Shown here piece by piece: positions 45,250 to 59,017 of a stretch of 64,000 nt of DNA. The stretch covers positions 8,803,657 through 8,867,656 of the forward strand of contig BFEA01000003.1 of the NCBI GenBank assembly GCA_003427395.1, in the 5' to 3' direction. The DNA is from Chara braunii (lineage: Eukaryota; Plantae; Charophyceae). Made by a program: the position numbers and the translations under genes. Every line of letters starts with the position of its first letter. Position 1 is the stretch's first letter. The notes beneath the pieces were generated by a model. That model had not been told where the DNA came from and did no database searches. It saw nothing but the letters and a program-made list of their open reading frames with translations.

Positions 45250-46455
45250 ACCTTTTCGCCCGATTTTTCATGAAGTAATTCCTCAAAACCAAACCATTGG
45301 ACAGCATGTTAAAAACTTCAGCCACCCCCTTCAAACCTAATGCCATCAGAACTACCTTTCACTACTGACCTCATTCTAAACAGCCTCGACCTTCATAGGG
45401 AATATGTACAGACTGGGAAGGAGAGTAGTGATTTGGGCTCTTTGGTGGCAGAGGTGCACCCTGGCCATGGAGAGGGTGCGGGTGGAAGGGGTGGAAGTTC
45501 TAGAACAGATACAGCAGCAGATTCACCTTGAGCTTACGCAGAGATGGTTGGACACAAGATCTCAATTAGACCCTTTCAAACAAATTGGAGATGTCAGGAC
45601 ACGGATAACGACTTTTGCACAGACCGGGTGGGTGGAGAAAGAGAAGGATGGATCGCAAAAATTGAATGGAGTGGGGACAAGGGAGTTGGGCCGTATGATT
45701 TGGAGCAAATAAGAGACTATCATCTAATTTTTAAGGACTGGACTAACATAGAGCCCTTCTTCCCTCGACGCCCTCCCTCGGATTTTCCGGAACCCTTTCC
45801 TCCTCATGCCCTGTCTCTAACAGAGATTCTGTCTTCAGCGTAATACTTTCCTTTGCAAACCTCACAGGCTTTCACAAAGCGGAACACCTCCCTGGAGCCC
45901 CCGGGGGAGGACCCCACCAATGGCTTTTTCTATTCTATTTTCTGTTGAGGTAGTCAATGCTGACCTAGAGTATTCTGGAAGCAACTGAGCATGAGGGTTC
46001 TGAATGCAACTGAGCATGGTTTTGGAGTGAGTTGCTCCCCTGATTAGTATCAGTCCCTAGCTGTCTATCTGACACCCTTCTTATAAGGGTGAAGAGATAC
46101 AAAAGGGATTGGCTGCCCTGCATGCTCACACAAGGCTACTTTGCTGGATATTACACAGGACCTGCTCAGTCAATCCCCTGGGTTTCAGGGCAATCAATGC
46201 TGGCAGACTCCATAGCCACTATTTTCATAGGGTCTGCTCAGTCAATCCCCTTTTTTTTGCAGGGTAATCAAGACTGGCAGATCTCACTCAAGATATTTTT
46301 CATTCAAGGGACACTGGACCCGTTTTCCAGCAGGTTACGCTCCCCACTAATAGATGGAGCCTCTCCCCAGGTGTTAGTGGTGTCTGCTCTTACCAGCAGC
46401 ACTAACACTGGTGGGGGGGTGTTTAAAAAAAAAGAAGAAAAAAAGAAGAAAAAAG
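45250..46455 (+). mobile_element. 3' remnant of an L1-like LINE with a full 3' cassette
   Basis: VVIWALWWQRC...QQIHLELT and FPEPFPPHALSLTEILSSA*, then pseudoknots at 46308-46350, hairpin with GCTCTTACCA loop and an A-rich tail. Confidence 0.7.
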
Positions 46456-47193
46456 TAGAGGACCAGGTGATAACGTCCCCACTCCTGTCGCCCATCGCAC
46501 GTCACTTTTGAGCACAGCACAGCAAATCACGCTAGCGGTCCGCGTTATAAGGGAAGCAGGGAGGACTATTGGAAGGCAGAGTGAACCCTAGTCGGCCTAT
46601 ATTCGACAGGCGGGGCATAATTCTGCAGTGCACTGTTTCTTCGGGAGAGGTTCGCCCAATTCGTGAATGCACTCACTGCCACCGGAAGGAAATTCGAAAT
46701 CACTTTTGAACCACCGTCGTGCTTCCCGTCTCGTCCCTCCTATGTAACAGGAGCATGTGCCTCTCTGGACAGGACGACAACCCTAGGACACACGAGACCA
46801 ACTTTTTTTTTTTTTTTTTTTTTAAAGGTAGTTTGTTATACAAGCCAGGAAACGGGCCCGACATCCCTCACATATGTGCAGGCGGCTCACAATTATGAAC
46901 GAGGCATCACCGGCCAAGCCCACATCGGGAGTCGCAAAACCCAAAATAACAAAAGAAAGAAAACAACTGGGAAGTCTGCAAAGCAAACCATCGCCTCTCT
47001 TTCTAACACAGATTGTACTCAGACTGTATGTCTCCTTCATATCCAAAACACGCTACCAAAAAATGTGAGGCAATCGGGACCCAAAAGGTGGCCAACTCCC
47101 GTCCCATTACATTTGTAATTCCGTACCGAAAAACAAAAAGAAAAACAAACAGAAGAACAATGAAGACCGAAGCAGAAGGGCTTTCTTTTCTTT

Positions 47194-47197
<4 letters not shown>

Positions 47198-47277
<80 letters not shown>
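47198..47277. repeat. (CT)n microsatellite
   Basis: About 40 CT units. Confidence 0.98.
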
Positions 47278-47281
<4 letters not shown>

Positions 47282-47399
47282 CTAGCTTCTTCTTCTTCTT
47301 CTTTTTTCCGTTCTCAAAAGCCCAGGCTGTTACTCACAAGCTTCACAGAAAAAACTGGATCAGAACTATCAAAAGTCAATTCTTTTTTGTTTGTTTGTT

Positions 47400-48700
47400 T
47401 GTTTGGAAAAGGACTCAGATCTATTCGTGGGGAGCGGCACGTGCTGGGAACTGGGCCCAGCATCCCTCATGAAGTCATACAGAACAATTACAGAATAGTT
47501 TGGGGATACATGGGCCATTACCTGGCTTCGGCTAAGAATGTGATTTGAGAAAACAGTAAGCTAGTGCTCCTCTATGCTGGAAAAGGGGTCCAGCGTCCCA
47601 GACCTCACTCCCCAAACCAGGGCCCGTGCCCGAGAGGCTTGCTTTCCTGTCCGTGAGGGGAGAGGAGCCTGGCTGTTGGCCCAGGGGCACCCGACTACAG
47701 GCCACAGGCTATCCCTCCCCCCCCCCACTCTCTTCCCTAGCCCCTATTGACCCTGCAGAATTTCCACCAAACACAATGGGTGAGGAGGGAACGGGTCTGC
47801 GAATTCTGATGCCGGCCTCAGCGCTATGCTGGGGTCAATCGTTGTCCAGCGGACAGCTGATAATCCCGTGCCATCCCCGCCTGTGGGACGTCTGCGTCCC
47901 CCCCTTGCCCCTGCGCATCCCCTGACCAGGTTGCCTCTGCCATCCATCCCCCCCGTGTCCCTCCCAGCCACCCCTCTCCAAGGTGGGAGATGATCCTGTT
48001 GACGTCCTTTCTTGACGAAGCTCATCCTTTCCTTGGCCATCTGCCATTGGTAAGTAAGCTCCGCCTGTATCAATTGCTTCACCTGCTCTGCAACCTCCCC
48101 CTCTGCGACCCTCGCACCCTCAAACACCCGGATGCACCTCTGCCACCAGATTACCCATATGATCGTCCTTATGCCCAACCAGAACATCTTCTCTTGGAAG
48201 CAATTGTATGGCTGTGGGCCCAGTGACCCATCAGAATCGCCACCAGTCCCATGGAAAATAAGATCCTGGGACTGCTTGCTGCCCGATCCTGTCCGACCAG
48301 CACCATAACAGTACAGACAAAGGTCATTGCATGAACATGTGTTCAATTGTTTCTGACTTTTTCTGTGGGGGGAAACTTTGAAGACACCTGCTGCACCAGG
48401 GCAGTGCGCACCCCTGCTGTTCCAGGTTCATGTGGTCTATCAGCCACTCATTGGTCGGCAGGCAGCGGTGCGCGATCTGCCACTGCAAGGAGGAGATTTT
48501 TGCTGGCCTTAGCTTGTATTCCCCGAACGATTGGGTGGGTTTCAGCAGACGTGCGTCAACGTTGAGGTGTGGGTTTCAGCAGACATGCATCAACGTTAAG
48601 GTGCGCTGCCACCTGCCTTCCACCACATCCCTCAAGGCCCTCTTACATCTGCCTCAGGGGTCTACAGGCTCTAGTCCTTTCATGTGATTATTGCGTCCGT
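47400..48700 (-). mobile_element. 3' remnant of the same LINE family, convergent with 45250-46455
   Basis: ORF 47744-48346: IIWVIWWQRC...KQLIQAELT...FADPFPPHPLCLVEILQGQ*. Pseudoknot motifs at 47575-47599 and 47412-47466. Confidence 0.7.
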
Positions 48701-48898
48701 CACAGCGGGCCACAGATGATCATAATTGTCTCTATCTTTTAGTGATCAGAGTGCAGCTAATGATGGAAGGCCAGAGTCAGGACTACATGGAAACCCGCAG
48801 GCGACACACCAAGAAAACGAAAGGAAAAAAAAACTCGCCAGGGCAGCTGATTTTGGAGGGAGGGAAGGTTAAAACACCTCCCAAACCCTCGTTTGACT

Positions 48899-51800
48899 TG
48901 CAATGAACCCAGATCGCGAAGACACTTGTCAACGATGCCAGCCCATATAGATAGCAACCTGCTGATGAAATGTCAATAATCATAATCGTGTCCAGATAGA
49001 ATGAGATGGGGAAACATACACAGACGAAAGAGAGAGAGGGGAGAATAGACTTAGAGGGGAGAAGTAAACAACGCCCACTCCTGCTTCGTGCTCCCTCCTC
49101 AATCGCCACCTCAATAATCAATAGTCCGAACACAAATCTGAAGTTTTATCTCAATGTGCCACGTGGCACGTCAACTGTCATCATCGGTGAGCCGGAGCAA
49201 TGTCGACATCGAAAGACCAGGTACGTATCTACAATCGCCTCACAGTCTTGATCTCCTTCCAAGTGACGATGAATCAGAACAGCAATATCAGACACGTAGC
49301 CTGCCACGTCAGCAAGAGTACATGTGGCAGCAGCCACGTCAGCGGCGGCGCGTGGCAGCTGCCACGTCAGCATGCCCAGAAAACAATTGTCAGCCAGCCA
49401 CCATGTCGAGCCAGCAGCGCGTCGCCATAGTCGCTCAAGTGCCAGCGTAGAGCCAGCGTCCCAACCAGTATCGCAGCGTCACACTAGCGTCGAAGTCAAC
49501 GCGTGAAGTCAGCAATGACGCAAGACAGAATGTTCTCTCAGCCAGGTAGTCCAGGCTTATGTAGCGATGATGCGGGGTCTGGACCCTGGTTGCTGCTTCC
49601 CTAGGCCGTCGAGATCTCAAGACAAATGGCGGCCCAAATTTGCCTGAAACCGAACTCCCTGTGGTCTTGATGTTGTCCGGGTACCTGCGCACAACAAGTG
49701 AATGTATCCGACCAAGGCCTGGGCGTGGTACCTTTGATAGTTGACTTAGACTTTTGACTTTCCGAAACAGTGCGTGGTCACACTGCCCGACTCAGGCCGA
49801 GTTTGGCCTGAGTCGTCTACGCTCCGTTTCGAGGGCCCAGACTGCTGCAGAACACGGGTTACTATATTCCTGCCGACCCATTTTCGAGTTCCATTGCAGA
49901 AATAACTAAGATTTTAACCCACGTTCATATGCAGATACAATATCAGGAGTCGTTTCAAGTAATTCTCATTTACTAAACCATTTGTCCTCAGATGGTGCCT
50001 GAGATTTGAAACGTACCTTGAACTGCTTCTGGGGTCGTCCACGTCCTCCTGTAGAGAAGTACCCATGTTCTATGATTCTGTCTACCTCATATCCGCCGTC
50101 CATGTCTGGCGGAATCATAGAAGGTCTGTGTGGAAACTCATTTCCTTCTACATAGGGTAACAATTTGGACGCGTGAAAGACGGGATAGGTTTTGAGGTGA
50201 GGGGGAATATCAATTCGATAAGACGGTCCCTCTGCATCCCCAATTACTTTGAGAACTTCCCAGGGTCCAAAATAGACGGGCGGAAGTTTCTGAGACACAT
50301 TTTCTTCCAATGAAAACTCTTTGGACTTAACCCAGACAAGATCACCTTCCTTGAATGTTGAGGGTCGGCGATGCTTGTTAGCTTGTTCAATCATTTGGTC
50401 CTGAGCTTTCTTCAGATTGTCCTTTACTTTCGTAACATCTTCTTGAAACAATAGTGCATACTCCCGAGTCCCTGGAGGTAACCTAAGAAATTGGTCTCGT
50501 GTTAACACATCAATGGGACGCTTAGGTTTCTACCCCTTGTGCAGTGCATTAGGCGTGCGCCCTGTAGCGGTATGAACACTGCTGTTGTATGCACTTGCTA
50601 TCTTGGGTAAGTTCTCGTCTCAATCAATCTGATCGGGTCTTACATACATATGCAAAAGCTGCTGACACAAACGGTTCATCTGTTCACTTTGTCCATTCGT
50701 TTCAGGGTGTCGCCCTGACGACATGGTCAATCGTGTACCGTATGCTTCCATGAGCTTTTTCCATGGCATGCTTGTAAACCTGGCATCACGATCAGATACA
50801 ATAGAGAGAGGAAACTCATACTCAATCACCCATCGCATCTGAAACTTTTGTATGACAAGTTTTGTTCGCTCTTCTGCGGGGTAAGGGAATGAACATGGCA
50901 TATTTAGAGAAACGATCCACAATAACCATTACTTGACTATTGTCGTTTCAACTTTTGGTGAGGCTCATAAAATCCATCGAGATAGACTCACCTGGTTCGC
51001 TAGGAATCGGTAATGGTTTCAAAAGACCAAGTGGATTCTCGTGTGAGGGTTTATTTCTCTGACATACCAGACATGTACGAACATAAGTTAGTACGTCCTC
51101 CTTCAATCCCTTCCATTCAAAGCGTTCTCTAACCACACCGGTGTCATAACATTCCCCAATCAGCAAAATTTTAATTTCTTCCTGATGAGGAATGCACAAT
51201 ATTTGTTCAGTTTGGTCTAACAAGAAAATCAAACCATCGGTCACTCTATAGTTAGGAAATAGAGATGGATCTTTCACAAGGACATCCATGATAGGTTTCC
51301 AAATAGGATCAGTAGTATATCCTTGACGAATTTTATCTTTCATATCACTCCCAACGTCCAAGTAAGAGACAATAGTACCAAAGAAATCACAACGTCTGGA
51401 CAATGCATATGCAACCACATTAGACTGACCTTTGATAAGTTTCAATTCAAAATCAAAAGTATCAATGAATGTAGACCATCGTACTAACTTATCAAAGAGC
51501 CTAGGCTGTGTCTTTATCCACTTCAGAGTAGAGTGGTATGAGTACATAGTGGCGTGTCTCCCTAACAAGTAATGCTTCCGTGTGTTCAGCGCACAGACCA
51601 AAGCAGACTTATGATATAATTCGATTGGTTTCATTTCAGATTGTGCATCCTTAAGTTGCACAACCTTACCTTTGAAATCGATGTCCAGGTTGGCTTCCTC
51701 GTGCCATTCCATACCCAGAATGAGATCGAAAGGCAAATTATTTTCAACTGGGAAGGATAACTCATGCATAATATTTTTTCCTTCCCTAGTTCTAAACCGA

Positions 51801-54800
51801 CACTTAATACGATCGACATACTGGGAGACAGTGATCGTACTCTTGTCCGCTAATATAGACGTGATAGGTCGAGACAAGTCTTTTACCTTCATTCCGAGAT
51901 GCAACTTGCGGATTGCTTTCTCGGATATGTAGGACCTCGTCGATCCGAGGTCCAACAACGCACCGACTCGTGTTCGTGCGATTTCAACATCTGCAAACAA
52001 CAATTCGCCCTTAGACTTTGCTTTTCGAGCCCATGAGCTACGTAAGGCTAGCAATTCATTGCCTAGCTCATCAAGGGAGTCATCTAGAGAGACAGAATAT
52101 AAGACAATGTCAGGGCGGTCCGGATGATGGGCTAAGGAAGAATCATCCTTTGTCATATGAGAAGAAGGGTAGGAAGGGTTCGTAGGCGCCTTACCTTTCT
52201 GTTCGTCCTTACCCTTTATCTCAATAGGAGCAGATGCTACTCCTAGTAGTTGCTCGCTTTTGGGTTCCGGATCATAGGGCAATATGCGATCACATATCCC
52301 GGAGTGCCGCACTTAAGACATTGCGCATTGTCCATGGGCTCCTGCCAAGTCTCGCGAGTCATTCCCATCTTCAACCAAGGCTTCCCTTTGGCAATGTCAG
52401 GGTGTCATGGAAATGGTAATGGTTTCTTCCCTTTTGCATTTATTGGTGGCCCTCCCTTTGGTGGTCACAACAACAGTAACTTTCCCCTTCCCGGAGTCAC
52501 TGTTGTTATCCTTATCTTCTATTGGTCATTTTTCCACTGTGTCATCATTGAAGACAACAAGGGTGTGGTCCTGGCGTTTTTGTCGCTAGAGAATTCGTTT
52601 CTCATCGTATGTACTTCCTCCTCCTCCTCCTCCAGACTTAAATACGGTTGCATAGGAGTTTTTGACTTGAGAAGTCATTTGCTCTCTTTGCAGAGCAAGG
52701 CCACGAAATTGCCTATAGTTATATTTACCTGACTTTGTTTCGGCGACCAGGTGTCCCCGGATGGGCTCAAGCAACGTGCGGGAGTAAACATCCAGCACTT
52801 GGTTGTCTTGCATGTTCAATCCTGAAACCTATAGCAATCGGTCAACTTCGCGGGACAATGCCTCGACCGACGTCCAATGCTTTTGACCAATCGATGTGAG
52901 CTGGTCAAACGCCTTATCGGTGATCGTCTTGTCAAGGAAACGGTCCTTGATCTTGGCCAAGAACTGTTTCAGGGTCAAGGTCTTTGCCCATTCGCCAATG
53001 TCTTCAAAACCCGCAGCATTGGCCTCAGCCAACACCCATTGTTTGGCCTCACCTCCCATACAAGAGGTGGTGAACCGCGACTTGGAACTTCGGTTCGACA
53101 GGAGCGGTGCTCACATATGTTTGGATTTCAGCAATCCAAAGCAACAGACTCTCATATTTCTTATTACTAAACGTGAAAGGCAATTTCATTTTCACTTTCT
53201 CTTTCTTCTTTGGCTCCTCCAATTCTGCACTTATCTTACCTGGAGTTGTCGAAGAAGGAGACTTGGGAGAAGGAGATGAATGAGAGGAATTAGATGGAGA
53301 GGATGGTGGACTTGATGGTCCATTCCCATTGGTCGACGTCTTAATTGTTGGTCCAGCAGACTTCATGGCATCTCTCATCAACTTCTTTGCTTCTTTCTTG
53401 TTTTCTTTTCCTTCTTGTTTATCTTCTTCCTTACCCTCTATCTGATTCTTTCTTTTCACAATGTTTGCAATGGTTTGTAATCCTACAGCAATCTCATCTA
53501 ACTGAGTTTATTGTCTGTCAATTTTCTCCTCCAAAAAGGTAAGGTAAGTCATAACATGGGACAATATTTGAGACATGTCTGCCTTCTCTCCAGTTTCTAT
53601 TTCAATCACATGTCTAATTTCTTTAACTTTCTGTCCTCTTCTTTGTTCCTGTTCTCTTCTTCTGGCCAATTCTTCTTTCTTCCTTCCTTCCACGGCCAGT
53701 GTTTCTTTCAACTGTTGGATGCTTGCATCAATCGTAGTCTCGCTTACTTTTGGCTTAGTCTCGCCTTTACGAGTCAATTTCATTAGTTCTTCCAATTGTT
53801 TCAAGGCAAACTGGTCCAACGCCTGTCGACATTGGGCAACCAGTTTGGAGACTTCGGTTCCGGCTGCCACAACCTCCACAGCCGTGATAGATTTCTTCAG
53901 ACGGTCTTCAGCCGTCTTCAAATCAAATCTATCACAGATGTGTTGTTTAGCATCCGGTCCGGATATATGTATTTCGGTCAACAGCTGGTTCCATAAAGCC
54001 AACAATTCTTATTTCTTATTCTCAACCTACATCTGAGTCTTAGGCTCAGACAGTCCTTCGCCCACGGAGAGCGTGATCAGAATAGCAAACAAGAATGTGG
54101 TCACAAACCTCGTCAAAATAAACCTTTGCAAACATTTCCAGAAGTAAGACATTTTCGGAGGACAGAAACAAGAAAATTCATCGGCCAGGTTTATCTACTG
54201 CAAAAATAAATAAAAGAGACAATAATTTAACGGTCACCCGAACCAAACACTATCTGAACAGAATATTTAATAACAAGGAACATTATTTTTTTTACTAATT
54301 CTGATTGCGGTTCTATATTCAATGTGATGACGTTCTAATCTATTTCAGGTACCGCGACTCAGGCCAACATAATCATCAACAAACACAAGTAAGTACACAG
54401 ACCCACAACACAGCACAAGATGACAGGTAAGTCCGCCAACAAAATCACAACAATTGTTAGCGTTCTTCCCCTGCTGCTGCTTCTTCTTCAGTCCTGTGTG
54501 ATCAACACCCAATCTGACGTTTGGCACCACAGCCTCGTCAGTCTTCTAGCCATGCCGCTTCGGTCATCAGAATGCAACTCTTACTTAGGCACAACTGTGT
54601 CTGCCATATGTCACCCCTTGCATGCTAACTCAGCAACTCGAAGAGTATGCCACATCAGCATGTCAAATCACAGTCATCAATGAGGTGCACGTCAGCATTG
54701 TGTGTCGATGTTGTCGTCAAGTAAGTCACGTTCTTGCCTGTCATGTGTATCCCCTGGTGTGCCAACACAGCAACACTTGAGTTTGCCACATCAGCACTAT

Positions 54801-55174
54801 AATCCAGTTAGCATCATCAGTGGAATACATGTCAGGAGCGATACCAGCGTGTCGTGCAATGCCACGTCAGCCAGGTAATGGAGTGCCATGTCAGACAATG
54901 CCACACCAGCCTGAAGCCACTCACCACAGTAGTCGTGTGGTGAGTCAGCAATGCCACGTCAGCACTCCTCCACAACCACTGGCCACATCAACAATGCATC
55001 CCGATTGCAAATGCGATCGATCGGGATCTGCACTATCCTTGCTGGATTTTCCCCTGTCGGGATACCAATGCCACGTCAACACCTCGGTTGTAGGCGTCAC
55101 CACTTCTTCGTCGTCGTTCTGTACAGGTCGTCATCATCAGTCACATCATCGGAAGTATTGCTCTGATACCAATT
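48899..55174 (-). mobile_element. Ty3/gypsy chromovirus-like element A: 3' LTR, chromodomain-integrase, partial RNase H, protease, gag, PBS; RT deleted
   Basis: LTR boundary TGCAATGAACCC at 48899. Chromodomain-like YEVDRIIEHG..QFKVRFK. Integrase IVSDRD. Protease ALLDLGSTRSYI. Knuckle CLKCGTPGYVIAYC at about 52277-52321. tRNA-Met PBS TGGTATCAGAGC (55160-55171). Confidence 0.92.
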
Positions 55175-58100
55175 TGCAATGAACCCAGATCGCGAAGGCA
55201 CTTGTCAACAATGCCAGGCATTGCCAGCCCATATAGATATCAACCTGCTGATGAAATGTCAATAATCATAATCGTGTCCAGATAGAATGAGATGGGGAAA
55301 CATACACAGACGAAAGATAGAGAGGGGAGAGTAGACTTAGAGGGGAGAAGTAAACAATGCCCAGTCCTGCTTCGGGCTCCCTCCTCAATCGCCACCTCAA
55401 TAATCAATAGTCCGAACACAAATATGAAGTTCTATCTCAATGTGCCACGTGGCACGTCAACTGTCATGATCATCGAGTCGGAGCAATGTCGACATCGAAA
55501 GACCAGGTACGTATCTACAATCGCCCCACAGTCTTGATCTCCTTCCGAGTGACGATGAATCAGAACAACAATATCAGACACGTAGCCTGCCACGTCAGCA
55601 AGAGTACATGTGGCAGCATCCACGTCAGCAGCGGCGCATGGCAGCTGCCACGTCAGCATGCCAGAAGAGAATAGCCAGCCAGCCACCATGTCGAGCCAGC
55701 AGCGCGTCGCCGTAGTCGCTCAAGTGTCAGCGTAGAGCCAGCGTCCCAGCCAGTATCGCAGCATCGTACTTGCATCGAAGTCAACGTGTAAAGTCAGCAT
55801 TGACGCAAGACAGAATGTTCTCTCAGCCAGGTATTCCAGGCTTTTGTAGCGATGATGCGGGGTCTGGACCCCGGTTGCTGCTTCCCTAGGCCGTCGAGAT
55901 CTCAAGACAAACGGCGGCGCAGATTTGCCCGAAACCGAACTCCCTGTGGTCTTGATGCTCTCAGGTTACCTGCGCACAACAAGTGAATGTATCCGACCAA
56001 GGCCTGGGCATGGTACCTTTGACAGTTGACTTAGACTTTTGACTTTCCAAAACAGTGCGTGGTCACACTGCCCGACTCAGGCCGAGTTTAGCCTGAGTCG
56101 ATTGGGTTCCATTTCGAGGGCCCAAATTGCTATTGAACACGGGTTACTACATTCCTGTCGTTCCATTTTCGAGTTTCATCACTGAAATAACTAAGACTTT
56201 AACCCACGTTCATATGCAGATACAATATCAGGAGCAATTTCAAATAATTCTCATTTACTGAACCATATGTCCTCAGATGGTGCCTGAGATTTGAAACGTA
56301 CCTTGAACTGCTTCGGGGGTCGTCCACATCCGCCTATAGAAAAGTACCCATGCTTTATGATTTTGTCTACCTCATATCGGTTGTTCATTTCTGCTGGAAT
56401 CATAGAAGGTCTATGTGGGAATTAATTTCCTTCTATATAGGGTAACAATTTGGACGCGTGAAAGACATGATACGTTTTGAGGTGAGGGGGAATATCAATT
56501 CGATAAGATGATCCCTCTGCATCCCTAATTACTTTGAGAACTTCCCAGGATCCAAAATAGACGGGCAGAAGTTTCTGAGACACATTTTCTTCCAATGAGA
56601 ACTCTTTGCACTTAACCCAGACTAGATCACCTTCCTTGAATGTTGAGGGTCGACGATGCTTGTTAGCTTGTTCGATCATTTGGTCCTAAACTTTATTCAG
56701 ATTGTCCTTTACTTTCTTAATATCTTCTTGACACAATATTGCATACTCCCGGGTCCATGGAGGTAACCTAAGGAACTGGTCCCGTGTTAACACGTCAATG
56801 GGACGCTTAGGTTTTCACTCTTTGTGCAGTGCATTAGGCGTACGCCCGGTAGTGGTATGAACACTACTATTGTATGCACTTGCTATCTTGGGTAAGTTCT
56901 CATCCCAATCAATCTAATCGGGTCTCACATACATGCGCAAAAGTTGCTGGCACAAACGGTTCATCTGTTCATTTTGTCCATTCGTTTCACGGTGTCGTTC
57001 TGACGAGATGGTCAATCGAGTACCGTATGCTTCCATAAGCTTCTGCCATGACATACTTGTGAACCTGACATCACGATCAGATACAATAGAGAGAGGAAAA
57101 TCATACTCAGTCACCCATCGCATCTGAAACTTATGGATCACAAGTTCAATTCGTGTTTGTGCGGGTAAGGGAATAAACATGACATATTTAGATAAACGAT
57201 CAACAATAACCATTACTTGACTATTGCCATTTCGGCTTTTGGTGGGGCTCATAAAATCAATTGAGATAGACTCACCTGGTTCGCTGGGAATCGATAATGT
57301 ATTCATAAGACCAAGTGGATTCTCGTGTGAAGGTTTGTTTCTCTCACACACCAGACATGTACGAATATAAGTTAGTACGTCTTCCTTCAATCCCTCCCAT
57401 TCGAAGCGTTCTCTCACCTCAACGTAAGTTTTCTTGAAACCAAAATGTCCTTTAGTGTCGTGACATTCCCCAATCAACAAACTTTTAAGTTCTTCCTTAT
57501 GAGGAATACACAATCTCTGTTCAATTTGGTATAATAAGAAAAACAAATCATAGGTTATTCTATAGTTAGTAAGTAGAGATGGATCTTTCACAAGGACATC
57601 CATGATAGGTTTCCAAATAGGATCAGTACTATATCCTTGACGAATTTTATCCTTCAGATCACTCCCAACGTCCAAGTAAGAGATAATAGTACCAAAGAAA
57701 TCACAACGTCTGAGCAATGCGTCTGCAACCACATTAGACTTACCTTTGATAATTTTCAATTCAAAATCAAAAGTATCAATGAATGAAGACCATTGTACTA
57801 ACTTATCAAAGAGCCTAGGCTGTGTCTTTATCCACTTCAGAGTAAAGTGGTCTGAGTACACAGTGAAGTATCTCCCTAACAAGTAGTGTTTCCATATGTT
57901 CAGCGCACAGACTAAGGCATACAATTCTCTTTCATATGTGGAGTTGGCGACTTTTTTCTGATGACAATCGTGCAGAAATAAACTCAATTGCTCTATAACC
58001 ATTGTCGTCGTTTTATTGAAGGACTGCGCCAATTCCGTACTGACTTGCATCAGTAGTGACAATGAAGGGAAGCGATGGATCAACAATTTTCAGAACAGGA

Positions 58101-58600
58101 TAGTGAGTCAAAGCATACTTTATCTTTTTAAAGAAGGACCCACAGTCCTTGTCCCACAACCAGATAGTTCTTTTCTTCAACAATCTTCTCATTGGTGCGG
58201 CGAGCAGTGAGAAGTTCCTGATGAACTTCATATAATAACTTGCCAAACCAAGGAAAGATCGTAGTTCAATTATAGACTTAGGTCGTGGTCAATCTCGAAT
58301 GGTTGATATTTTTTTTTCTTCTGGTCTAAGGCCTTCTTCGTTCACTATATGTCCCAAGTAGATGACTTCAGACTTCGAGAACTCAGACTTCTTTGAATTT
58401 AACTTGAAGTTACCTTCTCGCAACTTCTCTAACACTAGACAAAGATGTTTCTCGTGATCTTTTAACGTTTTACTATACACGAGAATATCATCAAGATAAA
58501 CAATAACGAACTGATCCAGCTATTGACGAAACAATTCATTCATTGATCGTTGGAACGTCGCAGGGGCATTTGTCAATCCGAAAGGCATTACCATGGTCTT
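55175..58600 (-). mobile_element. Ty3/gypsy element B in tandem, sharing the LTR starting at 55175; integrase, RNase H, RT (cut by N gap)
   Basis: Second TGCAATGAACCCAGATCGCG LTR copy. ORF 56914-58086 (YERELYALV, GHFGFKKT, CLVC, IVSDRD), VTTDASQYGIGAVL, VYLDDI, MPFGLTNAPATFQ. Confidence 0.92.
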
Positions 58601-59017
58601 GGGGGGGCGGGGGCNNNNNNNNNNNNNNNNNNNNNNNNNNNNNNNNNNNNNNNNNNNNNNNNNNNNNNNNNNNNNNNNNNNNNNNNNNNNNNNNNNNNNN
58701 NNNNNNNNNNNNNNNNNNNNNNNNNNNNNNNNNNNNNNNNNNNNNNNNNNNNNNNNNNNNNNNNNNNNNNNNNNNNNNNNNNNNNNNNNNNNNNNNNNNN
58801 NNNNNNNNNNNNNNNNNNNNNNNNNNNNNNNNNNNNNNNNNNNNNNNNNNNNNNNNNNNNNNNNNNNNNNNNNNNNNNNNNNNNNNNNNNNNNNNNNNNN
58901 NNNNNNNNNNNNNNNNNNNNNNNNNNNNNNNNNNNNNNNNNNGGGGGTTGGGTAGCCCCGCGACGGGGGTCCGGGGGTGAAACCCCTACCCCGGCTTGGG
59001 CCCCGGGGATCCCCGCG

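Noticed and set aside
58600-59017. GC-rich hairpin and ORFs spanning the gap
   Set aside because: G-run-rich sequence at gap edges, probably low quality; the ORFs are open only because of Ns.
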